This document shows, piece by piece, positions 36,899-45,355 of a stretch of DNA of 51,948 nucleotides. The number at the start of each line of letters is the position of its first letter. The first letter of the stretch is position 1. This DNA comes from an uncultured Candidatus Saccharibacteria bacterium (GTDB lineage: Bacteria > Patescibacteriota > Minisyncoccia > Phycocordibacterales > Phycocordibacteraceae). The stretch covers positions 1 to 51,948 of the forward strand of contig CAZWKU010000003.1 in NCBI GenBank assembly GCA_964634595.1, in the 5' to 3' direction. Made by a program: the position numbers and the translations under genes. The notes beneath the pieces are model-generated. The model worked only from the letters and a program-made list of their open reading frames with translations, searched no databases and had not been told where the DNA came from.

Positions 36899-37782
36899 AA
36901 AAACATAACGGCACAAGGCTCGATACGGTAGAGGGTATTCGTGTCATTGATTGTCGTGAGTGCGGTTTTGCTCATGTAAAGCCTTTGCCAAGCACCGAAA
37001 CCCTGAAGCAACTCTACGAGCAAGAGTTTTATGAGGCAGAGCGGCCGAATTATTTTAAAGAGACTAAAGAAGATTTGCCGTGGTGGCTCGCTACCTACGA
37101 AAACTACTACAAGCTTTTCGAGAGTTATACAAAGGGGAGACGGGTGCTTGATGTAGGCTCTGGTCCTGGTCATTTTCTGCTTGCAGGCAAAAAGAGAGGG
37201 TGGGAGGTGCTCGGTATTGAACCCTCAAGTGCTGCGGCGCACTACAGCAATGCGCGCGGCCTCAAAACTATCAACGATTTTTTTAGTTATGAGCGTGCTA
37301 AAGATCTGGGTACCTTTGACGTCGTACATGCGGCCATGGTGCTCGAACATGTGCCTGACCCTGTTGGGTTTATTAAAGATATGAAAAAAATGCTGAAACC
37401 GAAGGGTCTGCTGGCGATATTTTGCCCTAACGACTACAATCCGCTCCAAAAGATTCTTCGTGAAGAACGAGATTTTAAACCGTGGTGGGTGGTGCCGCGC
37501 CACCATTTGAACTACTTCACGCCACAAAGCCTCGCGAAGCTCATAGCGAGACTCGGGCTTCGTGTGCGAGATGTGCTTGGCACCTATCCACTCGAAACTT
37601 TTTTGCTCGCAGGCAAAAAGTATGTGGGCAACCACACCCTGGGGCGTGCTTGCCACGCAAAACGCAAGCAATTTGAACTCTCGCTCTACAAAAAAGACCC
37701 AGAGCTTATCAATGATCTCTATCGTGGGCTTGCAGTTGCAGGTATCGGGCGTGAGTGTATAGTGATTGCGCAGAAGAAATAA
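36895..37782 (+). CDS. Class I SAM-dependent methyltransferase with Zn ribbon
   Basis: IDCRECGFAH; VLDVGSGPG; MVLEHVPDP; HHLNYF. Confidence 0.87.
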   Translation: MKKHNGTRLDTVEGIRVIDCRECGFAHVKPLPSTETLKQLYEQEFYEAERPNYFKETKEDLPWWLATYENYYKLFESYTKGRRVLDVGSGPGHFLLAGKKRGWEVLGIEPSSAAAHYSNARGLKTINDFFSYERAKDLGTFDVVHAAMVLEHVPDPVGFIKDMKKMLKPKGLLAIFCPNDYNPLQKILREERDFKPWWVVPRHHLNYFTPQSLAKLIARLGLRVRDVLGTYPLETFLLAGKKYVGNHTLGRACHAKRKQFELSLYKKDPELINDLYRGLAVAGIGRECIVIAQKK

Positions 37783-37785
37783 GCT

Positions 37786-38982
37786 ATGTCGACTAAAAAA
37801 CCTAAAGCAGTGTGGCTCATTACCGGCGGGCCGATGCAAAAACTTGCCGCGGAGAAAATTAAAGAGCGCGGCTACAAGCTTATCTTAAGCGACGGATCGG
37901 CTACCTGCGCCTTGCGAGGTATGGCCGATGAGTTTCTCCATGTGGATATCTTTGACATCCCAAAAAACATTGCCGCCGCAGACGAGCTTAAAAAGCGCTA
38001 CGATATTCGCGCCGTGTTTACGGCAGGGTCTGATTGCCACGAGACCGTGGCGCATGTCGCTCGGCACCTTAAGCTCCCTGGCGTTGATCCAAAACTTGCG
38101 CATATCTGCCGTTACAAACAGGAGTCGCGGGCTATTTTGGCCAAGGCGGGTATCCCCCAACCAAAATTCATTGCGGCAAAGACATTGCAAGAGGCGCAAG
38201 TATTTATAAAAAAGACAGGGTTACCCGTATGTTTTAAAGCAACCAATAATCAGGGGAGCAGGGGCTTTACCGCCATTCGTACTGCCAAAGAGGCGACAGA
38301 AGAGGCGTTTGAATACGCGCGTTCTTATGGCACATCGGGGCTTGTCATAGTTGAGGAGCTTCTCCAGCCGGTTACCGATGAAATTGCCGAGCAGTCGCTC
38401 GAGACACTTTGGTACGAGGGGCAGATGTACTGGCTCAACTGGGTCGATCGCATGTTTCGCACTGACATGAAGTTTTTCCCGAAATTTGATGTTAAAGCGT
38501 ATAAAAATCTCCCGTGGGCAATTGAGATCGGGCACTTAAACCCAGCTGTGCATAGCAAAGAGACTACTGCCGCTGTGCAGGCGATGGTAGAGAAGGCAGG
38601 CAGGGCGCTTGGCATGCACAAGCAAAAGGGCGGGCACATTATGAAGTGCGACATCATGCTCACCAAAAAAGGCCCCTATATACTCGAGCCCACGCTCCGG
38701 CTCTCGGGTGGTTGGGATTCAAGCGGCTCTACCCCTATGCGCGGTGCTGATTTTGTAGGAGGTGCGCTTGAGATGGCGCTTGGTACCCCGCTTACCCCCC
38801 GACTCTTCTACAAGCATTTTGTCTACAGATATCCGCAGACCTATGTCGCCATGCTCTCAGAGATACCCAAAAACGCGCAAGACTGCATAGGCCGCCGCTT
38901 TGCTTTTGACAAAGGCATAAACCCCCAAGAGGCAGTCGCGCACGCATATAAAAAAGTTAAGGCAAAAGATTTCATAGTCTAA
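37786..38982 (+). CDS. ATP-grasp ligase
   Basis: CRYKQESRAILAKAGIPQP; PVCFKATNNQGSRG; IVEELL; YILEPTLRLSGG. Confidence 0.85.
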   Translation: MSTKKPKAVWLITGGPMQKLAAEKIKERGYKLILSDGSATCALRGMADEFLHVDIFDIPKNIAAADELKKRYDIRAVFTAGSDCHETVAHVARHLKLPGVDPKLAHICRYKQESRAILAKAGIPQPKFIAAKTLQEAQVFIKKTGLPVCFKATNNQGSRGFTAIRTAKEATEEAFEYARSYGTSGLVIVEELLQPVTDEIAEQSLETLWYEGQMYWLNWVDRMFRTDMKFFPKFDVKAYKNLPWAIEIGHLNPAVHSKETTAAVQAMVEKAGRALGMHKQKGGHIMKCDIMLTKKGPYILEPTLRLSGGWDSSGSTPMRGADFVGGALEMALGTPLTPRLFYKHFVYRYPQTYVAMLSEIPKNAQDCIGRRFAFDKGINPQEAVAHAYKKVKAKDFIV

Positions 38983-39066
38983 CTGGGTGAATAAGACACA
39001 TATCCACGGCGACTTGCTTTTTTCTGTACCCTATGTTTTAGTAAATAGGGAAAATAGGAGACAGTC

Positions 39067-39684
39067 ATGGATATGGATCTTGCCGTGCGACTCACCGTTA
39101 TTATGGTGAAGTCGATTGGCTTTGGGGTGTACCTTCTCCGTCTCAAGCGAGGCGAAATCAACCCTGCGGCCTCGACGTGGATTATTCTTACTCTCGCTAC
39201 CGTCTCAAGCTTGGCCAGTTACTATGTGGCTGAAAATTTTAATTGGCGAGCCGGAATTCTAAATACCATTGATGTAGGGTTTAATGCGGCGGTTTTGGTT
39301 ACGGTCTTGTTTTGGAACCATAGTCGTGTGCGCTTCGAACCTCGCGAGAAGTGGTATCTTGGTGGTGTTGTCTTCGCTGTCGCACTCTGGGCGACTACGG
39401 GATACGCGGTAGGTTCAAACATGGTCATTCAGCTGGTGCTGGTTGCCGCATATGTGCCAACTCTCGACAAGGTTATCCAGTATCAGGGGCGGTCTGAATC
39501 GTATTCTGTGTGGGGTGCCGGTGCCATTGGTGGGTTGCTCGCTTTGTATCCAGCATTGTTGGTGCAGGGGAACATGCTTGCGGCGCTCTACACTCTACGC
39601 TCAACCATTTCGTGCATTATTGTCATCGGGCTCATTACGTTCTTCAGGCTTCGGCCGAAAGTGCGCGCGGGCTTACGCCCCTAA
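39067..39684 (+). CDS. Uncharacterised multi-pass membrane protein (PQ-loop-like repeats)
   Basis: AGGAG RBS; RGEINPAASTWII and PTLDKV..GRSESYSVW repeats; ~7 TM. Confidence 0.65.
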   Translation: MDMDLAVRLTVIMVKSIGFGVYLLRLKRGEINPAASTWIILTLATVSSLASYYVAENFNWRAGILNTIDVGFNAAVLVTVLFWNHSRVRFEPREKWYLGGVVFAVALWATTGYAVGSNMVIQLVLVAAYVPTLDKVIQYQGRSESYSVWGAGAIGGLLALYPALLVQGNMLAALYTLRSTISCIIVIGLITFFRLRPKVRAGLRP

Positions 39685-39694
39685 AGATGCAGGG

Positions 39695-39714
39695 GGGTAT
39701 GATATATCATACCC
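39695..39714. repeat. Perfect 20-bp palindrome containing TATGAT on both strands
   Basis: GGGTATGATATATCATACCC. Confidence 0.9.
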
Positions 39715-39725
39715 ATACAAGACTA

Positions 39726-39755
39726 AAGAGCCGCCTCGATTACGAGGCGGCTCTT
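39726..39755 (+). terminator. 13-bp perfect hairpin, probable terminator
   Basis: AAGAGCCGCCTCG-ATTA-CGAGGCGGCTCTT followed by ACTTTAT. Confidence 0.7.
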
Positions 39756-39809
39756 ACTTTATAGAGTCGCTTGTTTGTAAAGCGCTATGGGAGTACACTC
39801 ACGAACACA

Positions 39810-40664
39810 ATGACTGCTAATTGTGCCTGGTGCGGGAAGAGGGGAAAAATGGCTCGGTATGCCCGTGTGAAGTGGGAAGTACTTGACTCTACGTGGTACC
39901 GTTGTGGCGTATGCGATAGTTTGATGATCTTGCCGCGGCCCTCGCAAAAAGCAATTAAGAAAGTGTACGAGGACGACTATTTGCATAAAAAACTCCAGCC
40001 ACATACAGGGGTCGACAGTCGGGTGCGCTACGCTAAAGAGTATCGTCCGACGGTATATGCTGAGTACAAGCTCTCTCTCGATGATCTTAAGGTGCAGCCG
40101 CGTACAGTGAAATCGGTGCTAGATTTTGGTTGTGCAGACGGCGTGTTTTTAGAGTTTTGTAAGACATATTTTGCCCCCAAAACAGAGCTTTGGGGTACCG
40201 ATATATCCGAAAGCCTCCTCGATGAAGCAAGGCAGAAAGGGTGGCAGGTAGTACCTCTTACTGCACTCTCGAAACTTGAAAAGAAATTTGATTTAATCAC
40301 TTTGTGGGATGTCATTGAACATATCCCTGATCCCGAGAGAGTACTACGCGAATTGAAAAAACTTCTTACCCCAAAAGGGCTCCTCGTGATACAGACGCCA
40401 CGCTTTGGCTCCTTGGCCGAGCAGTTTGGCGACACCTGGCCTCACCTTTTGCCCGTACAGCATCTAAGCGTTGCCTCTAAAGAGGGGATGGTGCAATGTG
40501 CACGCCGCGCGAATCTCGTACTTAAAGCCTATAAAAGCTTTGGGGCAAACGCGCCAGCCTCTCAGGTAGCTGAGCGGTATAAAAGGGCCTACGACACGCT
40601 CGCAAAAAAGCTCGATTTTGGCGACGTGCAAATCGTCTCTTTGGGGCGTAGGATACAGCCATGA
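39810..40664 (+). CDS. Class I SAM-dependent methyltransferase with Zn ribbon
   Basis: CAWC..RCGVC; VLDFGCADG; WDVIEHIPDP. Confidence 0.87.
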   Translation: MTANCAWCGKRGKMARYARVKWEVLDSTWYRCGVCDSLMILPRPSQKAIKKVYEDDYLHKKLQPHTGVDSRVRYAKEYRPTVYAEYKLSLDDLKVQPRTVKSVLDFGCADGVFLEFCKTYFAPKTELWGTDISESLLDEARQKGWQVVPLTALSKLEKKFDLITLWDVIEHIPDPERVLRELKKLLTPKGLLVIQTPRFGSLAEQFGDTWPHLLPVQHLSVASKEGMVQCARRANLVLKAYKSFGANAPASQVAERYKRAYDTLAKKLDFGDVQIVSLGRRIQP

Positions 40665-42025
40665 GAACTCATGTCCCCAAAGGACACAGTCTTACCAAGC
40701 TTGATTTTGAACTTTTACGCCTTCCGGGGGGTGAAAAAAAAGAATGGCGTTCACCCGAATACGAGACGGTTGCGGTGTTGATTGAAGGTGAATGCGTACT
40801 CACCGTCGACGGTATAGCTCGCACCTTTCGACGCTCTTCAGTTTTTACAGATTCGGCCTCCTCTGTCTTTATCTCTCCCGGCATTCTGCTCACCATCGAG
40901 ACACGTTTGCCAACCATCATTGCTCTTTGTAAGGCGCGTGCGACACAAAAACACCCTACCGTGTTTGTCGAACCAAGTATGGTAAAGAGGGAGTGGCGCG
41001 GGCGCGAGGGGTATCGCCGACAGGTCTCAAATATCGTGAATACGGAGACCGCGACCGAACGAATTGCCGTTGGCGAGACCGTGAGCGAGCCTGGGCAGTG
41101 GTCTTCATTCCCCCCGCACAAACACGACACTCGCGTTGAAGAAAATGGAGTGGTGGTCGAAGTACCCCTTGAAGAGATTTACTATTTTAGGACTGAGCCA
41201 AAAGAAGCGGTGGCGTTTCACCATCTCTACGATGCTCAGGGCGCCTTTAATCAGGTACATCCGATTAAAGATCATGATGTGACGCATATCCCACGAGGTT
41301 ATCATCCGGTTGCGGCCGCACCTGGGCAGCGCGTGTACTATCTTTGGATGCTTGCGGGCGACGAGCGGCGGTATATTTGGAATACCGACCCCACCTATCG
41401 CTCGATGGAAGGGTTAGAAAAATCGTGGTATGTTCGCTCTACTAACCCCATGGCGCACACTTGGTCGCGAAAAGAAGCACTCGACACCCTTACCGCGCAA
41501 GGCGAGGGCAACCTTTTGGTGTTTGAGGCACCTGGTGAACGGGCCGAAGTACATCTGAAAGACGGCACTATTGATAAGGTTATATTTACAGCCGCCAGGG
41601 GTACTCCGGTGACTGTTACGGCAAAAGACGCTCACTCGATTGTGGTGGGAGAGGGTAACACTGCCCGTGACGTCTATCACTACCTCAAGCCCGGGGGCCC
41701 GGCACCCACGATGCGTCTTGGTATTACGCGCCACAGGGGTGAGGGTACCTGGTCGAGCTTGCCTCACGATTTCGAGCTCAATCTCGAGCCCGGGTTTGAA
41801 GAGATATTTTTTCACCTGCTCACCGGCGGGAGTGAGCGTGGTATCCAGGTCGGTAAGGGGGTTTGGTGCGACAATTCACCCGTGCACGATGTGTGGCCCA
41901 TTAGTGATCGCACCTTTAGCACGGTGCCCATGGGTTACCATCCAGTAGTGGGTGAGCCCGGGGTGCATGTCTCATATATCTGGGTCTACCTCGCCAAGAA
42001 AAAAGAGTGGGAGAAAGTCAAGTAA
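40661..42025 (+). CDS. Two tandem IolB/KduI-like (5-deoxyglucuronate isomerase-like) cupin units in one ORF
   Basis: Unit 1: GQWSSFPPHKHD, LEEIYYFR, PRGYHPVAAAPG..YYLWMLAG. Unit 2 (from ATG 41450): GTWSSLPHDFE, FEEIFF, PMGYHPVVGEPG..SYIW. Confidence 0.78.
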   Translation: MRTHVPKGHSLTKLDFELLRLPGGEKKEWRSPEYETVAVLIEGECVLTVDGIARTFRRSSVFTDSASSVFISPGILLTIETRLPTIIALCKARATQKHPTVFVEPSMVKREWRGREGYRRQVSNIVNTETATERIAVGETVSEPGQWSSFPPHKHDTRVEENGVVVEVPLEEIYYFRTEPKEAVAFHHLYDAQGAFNQVHPIKDHDVTHIPRGYHPVAAAPGQRVYYLWMLAGDERRYIWNTDPTYRSMEGLEKSWYVRSTNPMAHTWSRKEALDTLTAQGEGNLLVFEAPGERAEVHLKDGTIDKVIFTAARGTPVTVTAKDAHSIVVGEGNTARDVYHYLKPGGPAPTMRLGITRHRGEGTWSSLPHDFELNLEPGFEEIFFHLLTGGSERGIQVGKGVWCDNSPVHDVWPISDRTFSTVPMGYHPVVGEPGVHVSYIWVYLAKKKEWEKVK

Positions 42026-42036
42026 AATAATTTTTT

Positions 42037-42723
42037 ATGAAAACAAAAAAAACAGCAGTAGTTATTGGTGCAACAGGCAATGTAGGGAGAGCAACAGTTG
42101 CCGCTCTTAAAAAAGCCGGATACGCTATCGATCAAACATGGACCAAGCACGACCGACCCGATGCCACACGGGCTGAATCGTATAATAATCTGCCGAAGCG
42201 CATTGATCTTGCAGTCTATACACCGGGTACCAGTGTCATAAAACCCATGCACGAGCTCACTGATGCCGAATGGCAGAGCGTGATGGACGTAAATGTCAAT
42301 GGGGCTTTTTTATTTGCACGAGCGGCATTCCCGGCCCTTAAGGCGGCGAAAGGGGCGTTTGTTGCCATATCCTCGATGAACTCACTCCATCCCTATCCTA
42401 AGCGCCTTGCATATACGACCTCAAAGGCCGCTATTGAAGGGTTGGTACGTCAGCTCGCCATAGAGTGGGGAGAGCACAATATCTCTACGCACGCCATTCG
42501 CCTTGGTCCTTTGAACAAACTCATGAAGATAGTCGCGAAACAAGCGAACCCAATCATGCTTGAGGCGACCAAAAAGCGCCTCCCTCAACATGAGCTCATA
42601 CCTGCAGAAGCCGTAGCCGAGTACATTGTTGCTATGGACACCAAAGATTTATGGAGATGGGTTACTGGTTCAGCGATTGACTTTGATGGTGGATATCCTT
42701 TAAACGCCTTCCCCCTTCTTTAA
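42037..42723 (+). CDS. Short-chain dehydrogenase/reductase
   Basis: VVIGATGNVG; DVNVNGAF; SS; YTTSK (YxxxK). Confidence 0.88.
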   Translation: MKTKKTAVVIGATGNVGRATVAALKKAGYAIDQTWTKHDRPDATRAESYNNLPKRIDLAVYTPGTSVIKPMHELTDAEWQSVMDVNVNGAFLFARAAFPALKAAKGAFVAISSMNSLHPYPKRLAYTTSKAAIEGLVRQLAIEWGEHNISTHAIRLGPLNKLMKIVAKQANPIMLEATKKRLPQHELIPAEAVAEYIVAMDTKDLWRWVTGSAIDFDGGYPLNAFPLL

Positions 42724-42732
42724 TAGGGTAGT

Positions 42733-43494
42733 ATGGCGAAATCGCTTGGTATAGCGACGCGTTTCTATGGGTTTGCGAAGGGAGATACCGAGCGGCTTGC
42801 TACGTGGGTTGATGCGGCACTCAAGATTGTCTCGCCCGAACACATTTATATAGCTATACGCACCGAAGTAGATAAATCAGGGAGCCTTGCGTATATGCGT
42901 AAGTACTACCCAAAGGTGAACACTTTTGCGGTTATGCCGTGGGGCAGGGTGGTGCAAGCCCCAAATGCGCTCCTCCTCAAAGCGGCTGAAAACCGCGAAT
43001 CGCACCTGCTCTTTGCGAGTTCGGAGTATCCGGTGACTAAAGCCTCGGTACAGCTTCTTTTCTCCCACAATGACAAAGACACCCTTGTTGTGGGATCGAA
43101 TCTGGAGGGACATGACTTTCAAGCAAAAAAGGGGAGGACGGTCGTCGTCCGTCACTCAAACGGGCTCCAGATACCTTGGAACACGTATGCACTTTGGTCA
43201 GTTGCGCACCTCGTGCACACCGGCTTTGTCCTTACTGCTGATTCAGCTCACGACCAAAATAATGCAGGTATGGAGGAGATGGGCACCATAGCCGCGCAAC
43301 AAATCCTCTGGCCGAACAAAGCAAAAGCAAAACTCGTTAACTCGCATGATGCTACTCATGTGAGAAACACGCGAGGGTGGACAGTCGCACGCTATGAAAG
43401 ATATGCACATAATCTTGAGTCAAAACGTTCGCGCTCAGCTGCTCAAATGGCTCGCCTCTCTCTCGCAACACCCAAGGTCATCCATATCGGATAA
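42733..43494 (+). CDS. Hypothetical protein, possibly GT-A-like
   Basis: Operonic ORF; motifs QIPWNTYALW and GMEEMGTI; no family confidently recognised. Confidence 0.55.
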   Translation: MAKSLGIATRFYGFAKGDTERLATWVDAALKIVSPEHIYIAIRTEVDKSGSLAYMRKYYPKVNTFAVMPWGRVVQAPNALLLKAAENRESHLLFASSEYPVTKASVQLLFSHNDKDTLVVGSNLEGHDFQAKKGRTVVVRHSNGLQIPWNTYALWSVAHLVHTGFVLTADSAHDQNNAGMEEMGTIAAQQILWPNKAKAKLVNSHDATHVRNTRGWTVARYERYAHNLESKRSRSAAQMARLSLATPKVIHIG

Positions 43495-43547
43495 TTGCCG
43501 TACTGCACGCTACCTTTCTCTTGGGGTGCAGGTTATAGTACATATAA

Positions 43548-45314
43548 ATGAAGAGTCTTGAAGCCCTAAAAACGCTCAACCGGGCGTTTGGTCACTACCG
43601 TAAGCATGTCATAGCGCTTGCGCTTTTTGGCATGGTGAGTGCGTTTCTCGAGAGTGTGGGTATTAATGCGGCAATACCACTCATCTCCTTTTATATGGGA
43701 GGTGCAGAAAGCTCTCTCGATTTCGTTACAGGCATGATACGCGACACGTTTCTTTTCTTTGGCATACCTTTCACCTTTAGGTACCTGCTCGGTTTTATTT
43801 TAGGTCTTTTTGCTCTTCGTGCTGTCTCCATCATTATTTTCGGATACATTCGTGGATGGATTATCGCCGATTTTCTTGCCAAAGAGACCGACGATGTACT
43901 TCGCCGCACTCTTTTGGCGTCGTGGGCGTATACCTTACGGCAGAAAATTGGCTCTGTTCACAACACGCTCGTGCGAGATGTACAACAGACAGGCTCGCTC
44001 CTAGGTGCGGTCGCGCAAGTCATTCAGTCGATTACAGGATTTTGCATGTACCTACTCATAGCGGTCAATGTATCAGCTACCATGACGCTGTATGCTCTTG
44101 GTGGGGGTATTGTTCTCGTTTTCTTCTTGCGCCCCTTTTTGCGGATGGCGCGCCGCATTGGTACTGAAGCTGCAGGGGTCGAAAAAAACTTCGCACAGTT
44201 TCTCGCTGAGCACATTATAGGGATGAAGGCAGTGAAAGCGGCAGGCGCCGAGCGCGCGGCGCTTACCGATGGGTCGCGGCACATCAAGCAATTGCGCGAG
44301 CTCTCGATCCGTCGCATTTTAGTACACACACTCTCAACAAGTTTTTTTCAGCCGGCGAGTATTGTGTTGGTTGCGGCGCTCTTTCTCCTCAACTATAACA
44401 CACCCGGGTTTAATATCGTTTCTTTTGCGGCGGCGCTCTACCTCATACAAAAAGTCTTTATCTATTTAGAGTCTGGTCAAAACGCACTCCAGACGGTCAA
44501 TGAATTATTGCCCTATGCGCGTCATATCGCGTTTACAAAGGCCGACATCGACGCGCACCGTGAGCCCTCACAAGGTGAAGCGCCTTTTGTTTTCTCAAAA
44601 GAGATCGCGTTTCGTCGCGTTTCGTTTTCATACAACCACGAGCGTCGTGTGCTTGACCAGGTTGATCTGGTGATACCGCAGGGCAAGACCGTAGGGCTCG
44701 TGGGGCCCTCAGGTGCGGGTAAAACCTCAGTTGCTGACCTTTTGCTCCGCCTCTTTAAGCCAGCAGAGGGAGAGATTCTTGTCGACGGAGTCTCGAGTGA
44801 GACCATATCTCTTCAGGCGTGGCGCACCCAGATTGGGTATGTACCGCAAGACCCTACGCTCCTCAATACGACGATTGAAGAGAATATACGATTTTATCAC
44901 CCCTCACTTACCCACGAGGACATCGAGCGTGCCGCACGACAAGCCAATATTTATGATTTTATCCAAGAGCTCCCTGACGCTTTTAAGACTCTGACAGGAG
45001 ACCGCGGGGTTATGCTCTCGGGTGGCCAGCGTCAGCGCATAATGCTTGCTCGTGCGCTTGCGCGCAAGCCGGCGCTCCTCATTCTTGACGAAGCGACGAG
45101 CGCGCTTGACTATGAGTCAGAGCGTATGATTCACGAATCTATCAGGGCACTCCGCGGTACCACTGCGGTGCTTATTATTGCGCATCGTCCCTCAACCGTT
45201 GCTGAGGCAGATTCGATCATCGTGCTTCGCCATGGTCACCTGCTCGAAAGCGGGCCCCCTAAGAAATTACTTGCCGATCACTCCTCTTATTTCTATAAAA
45301 TGCAGCAAACGTAA
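43548..45314 (+). CDS. ABC transporter permease/ATPase (MsbA/PglK/Wzk-like lipid-linked glycan flippase)
   Basis: Six-TM N-terminal domain; GPSGAGKT; LSGGQRQR; ILDEATSALD; AHR. Confidence 0.9.
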   Translation: MKSLEALKTLNRAFGHYRKHVIALALFGMVSAFLESVGINAAIPLISFYMGGAESSLDFVTGMIRDTFLFFGIPFTFRYLLGFILGLFALRAVSIIIFGYIRGWIIADFLAKETDDVLRRTLLASWAYTLRQKIGSVHNTLVRDVQQTGSLLGAVAQVIQSITGFCMYLLIAVNVSATMTLYALGGGIVLVFFLRPFLRMARRIGTEAAGVEKNFAQFLAEHIIGMKAVKAAGAERAALTDGSRHIKQLRELSIRRILVHTLSTSFFQPASIVLVAALFLLNYNTPGFNIVSFAAALYLIQKVFIYLESGQNALQTVNELLPYARHIAFTKADIDAHREPSQGEAPFVFSKEIAFRRVSFSYNHERRVLDQVDLVIPQGKTVGLVGPSGAGKTSVADLLLRLFKPAEGEILVDGVSSETISLQAWRTQIGYVPQDPTLLNTTIEENIRFYHPSLTHEDIERAARQANIYDFIQELPDAFKTLTGDRGVMLSGGQRQRIMLARALARKPALLILDEATSALDYESERMIHESIRALRGTTAVLIIAHRPSTVAEADSIIVLRHGHLLESGPPKKLLADHSSYFYKMQQT

Positions 45315-45355
45315 CGTTTTTTCTCATAGTTTTTTGTGGTAGTATGGTGCGTATC

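Noticed and set aside
40661-42025. Functional myo-inositol catabolism (iolB)
   Set aside because: No other iol genes in the window; duplicated, divergent architecture; symbol withheld
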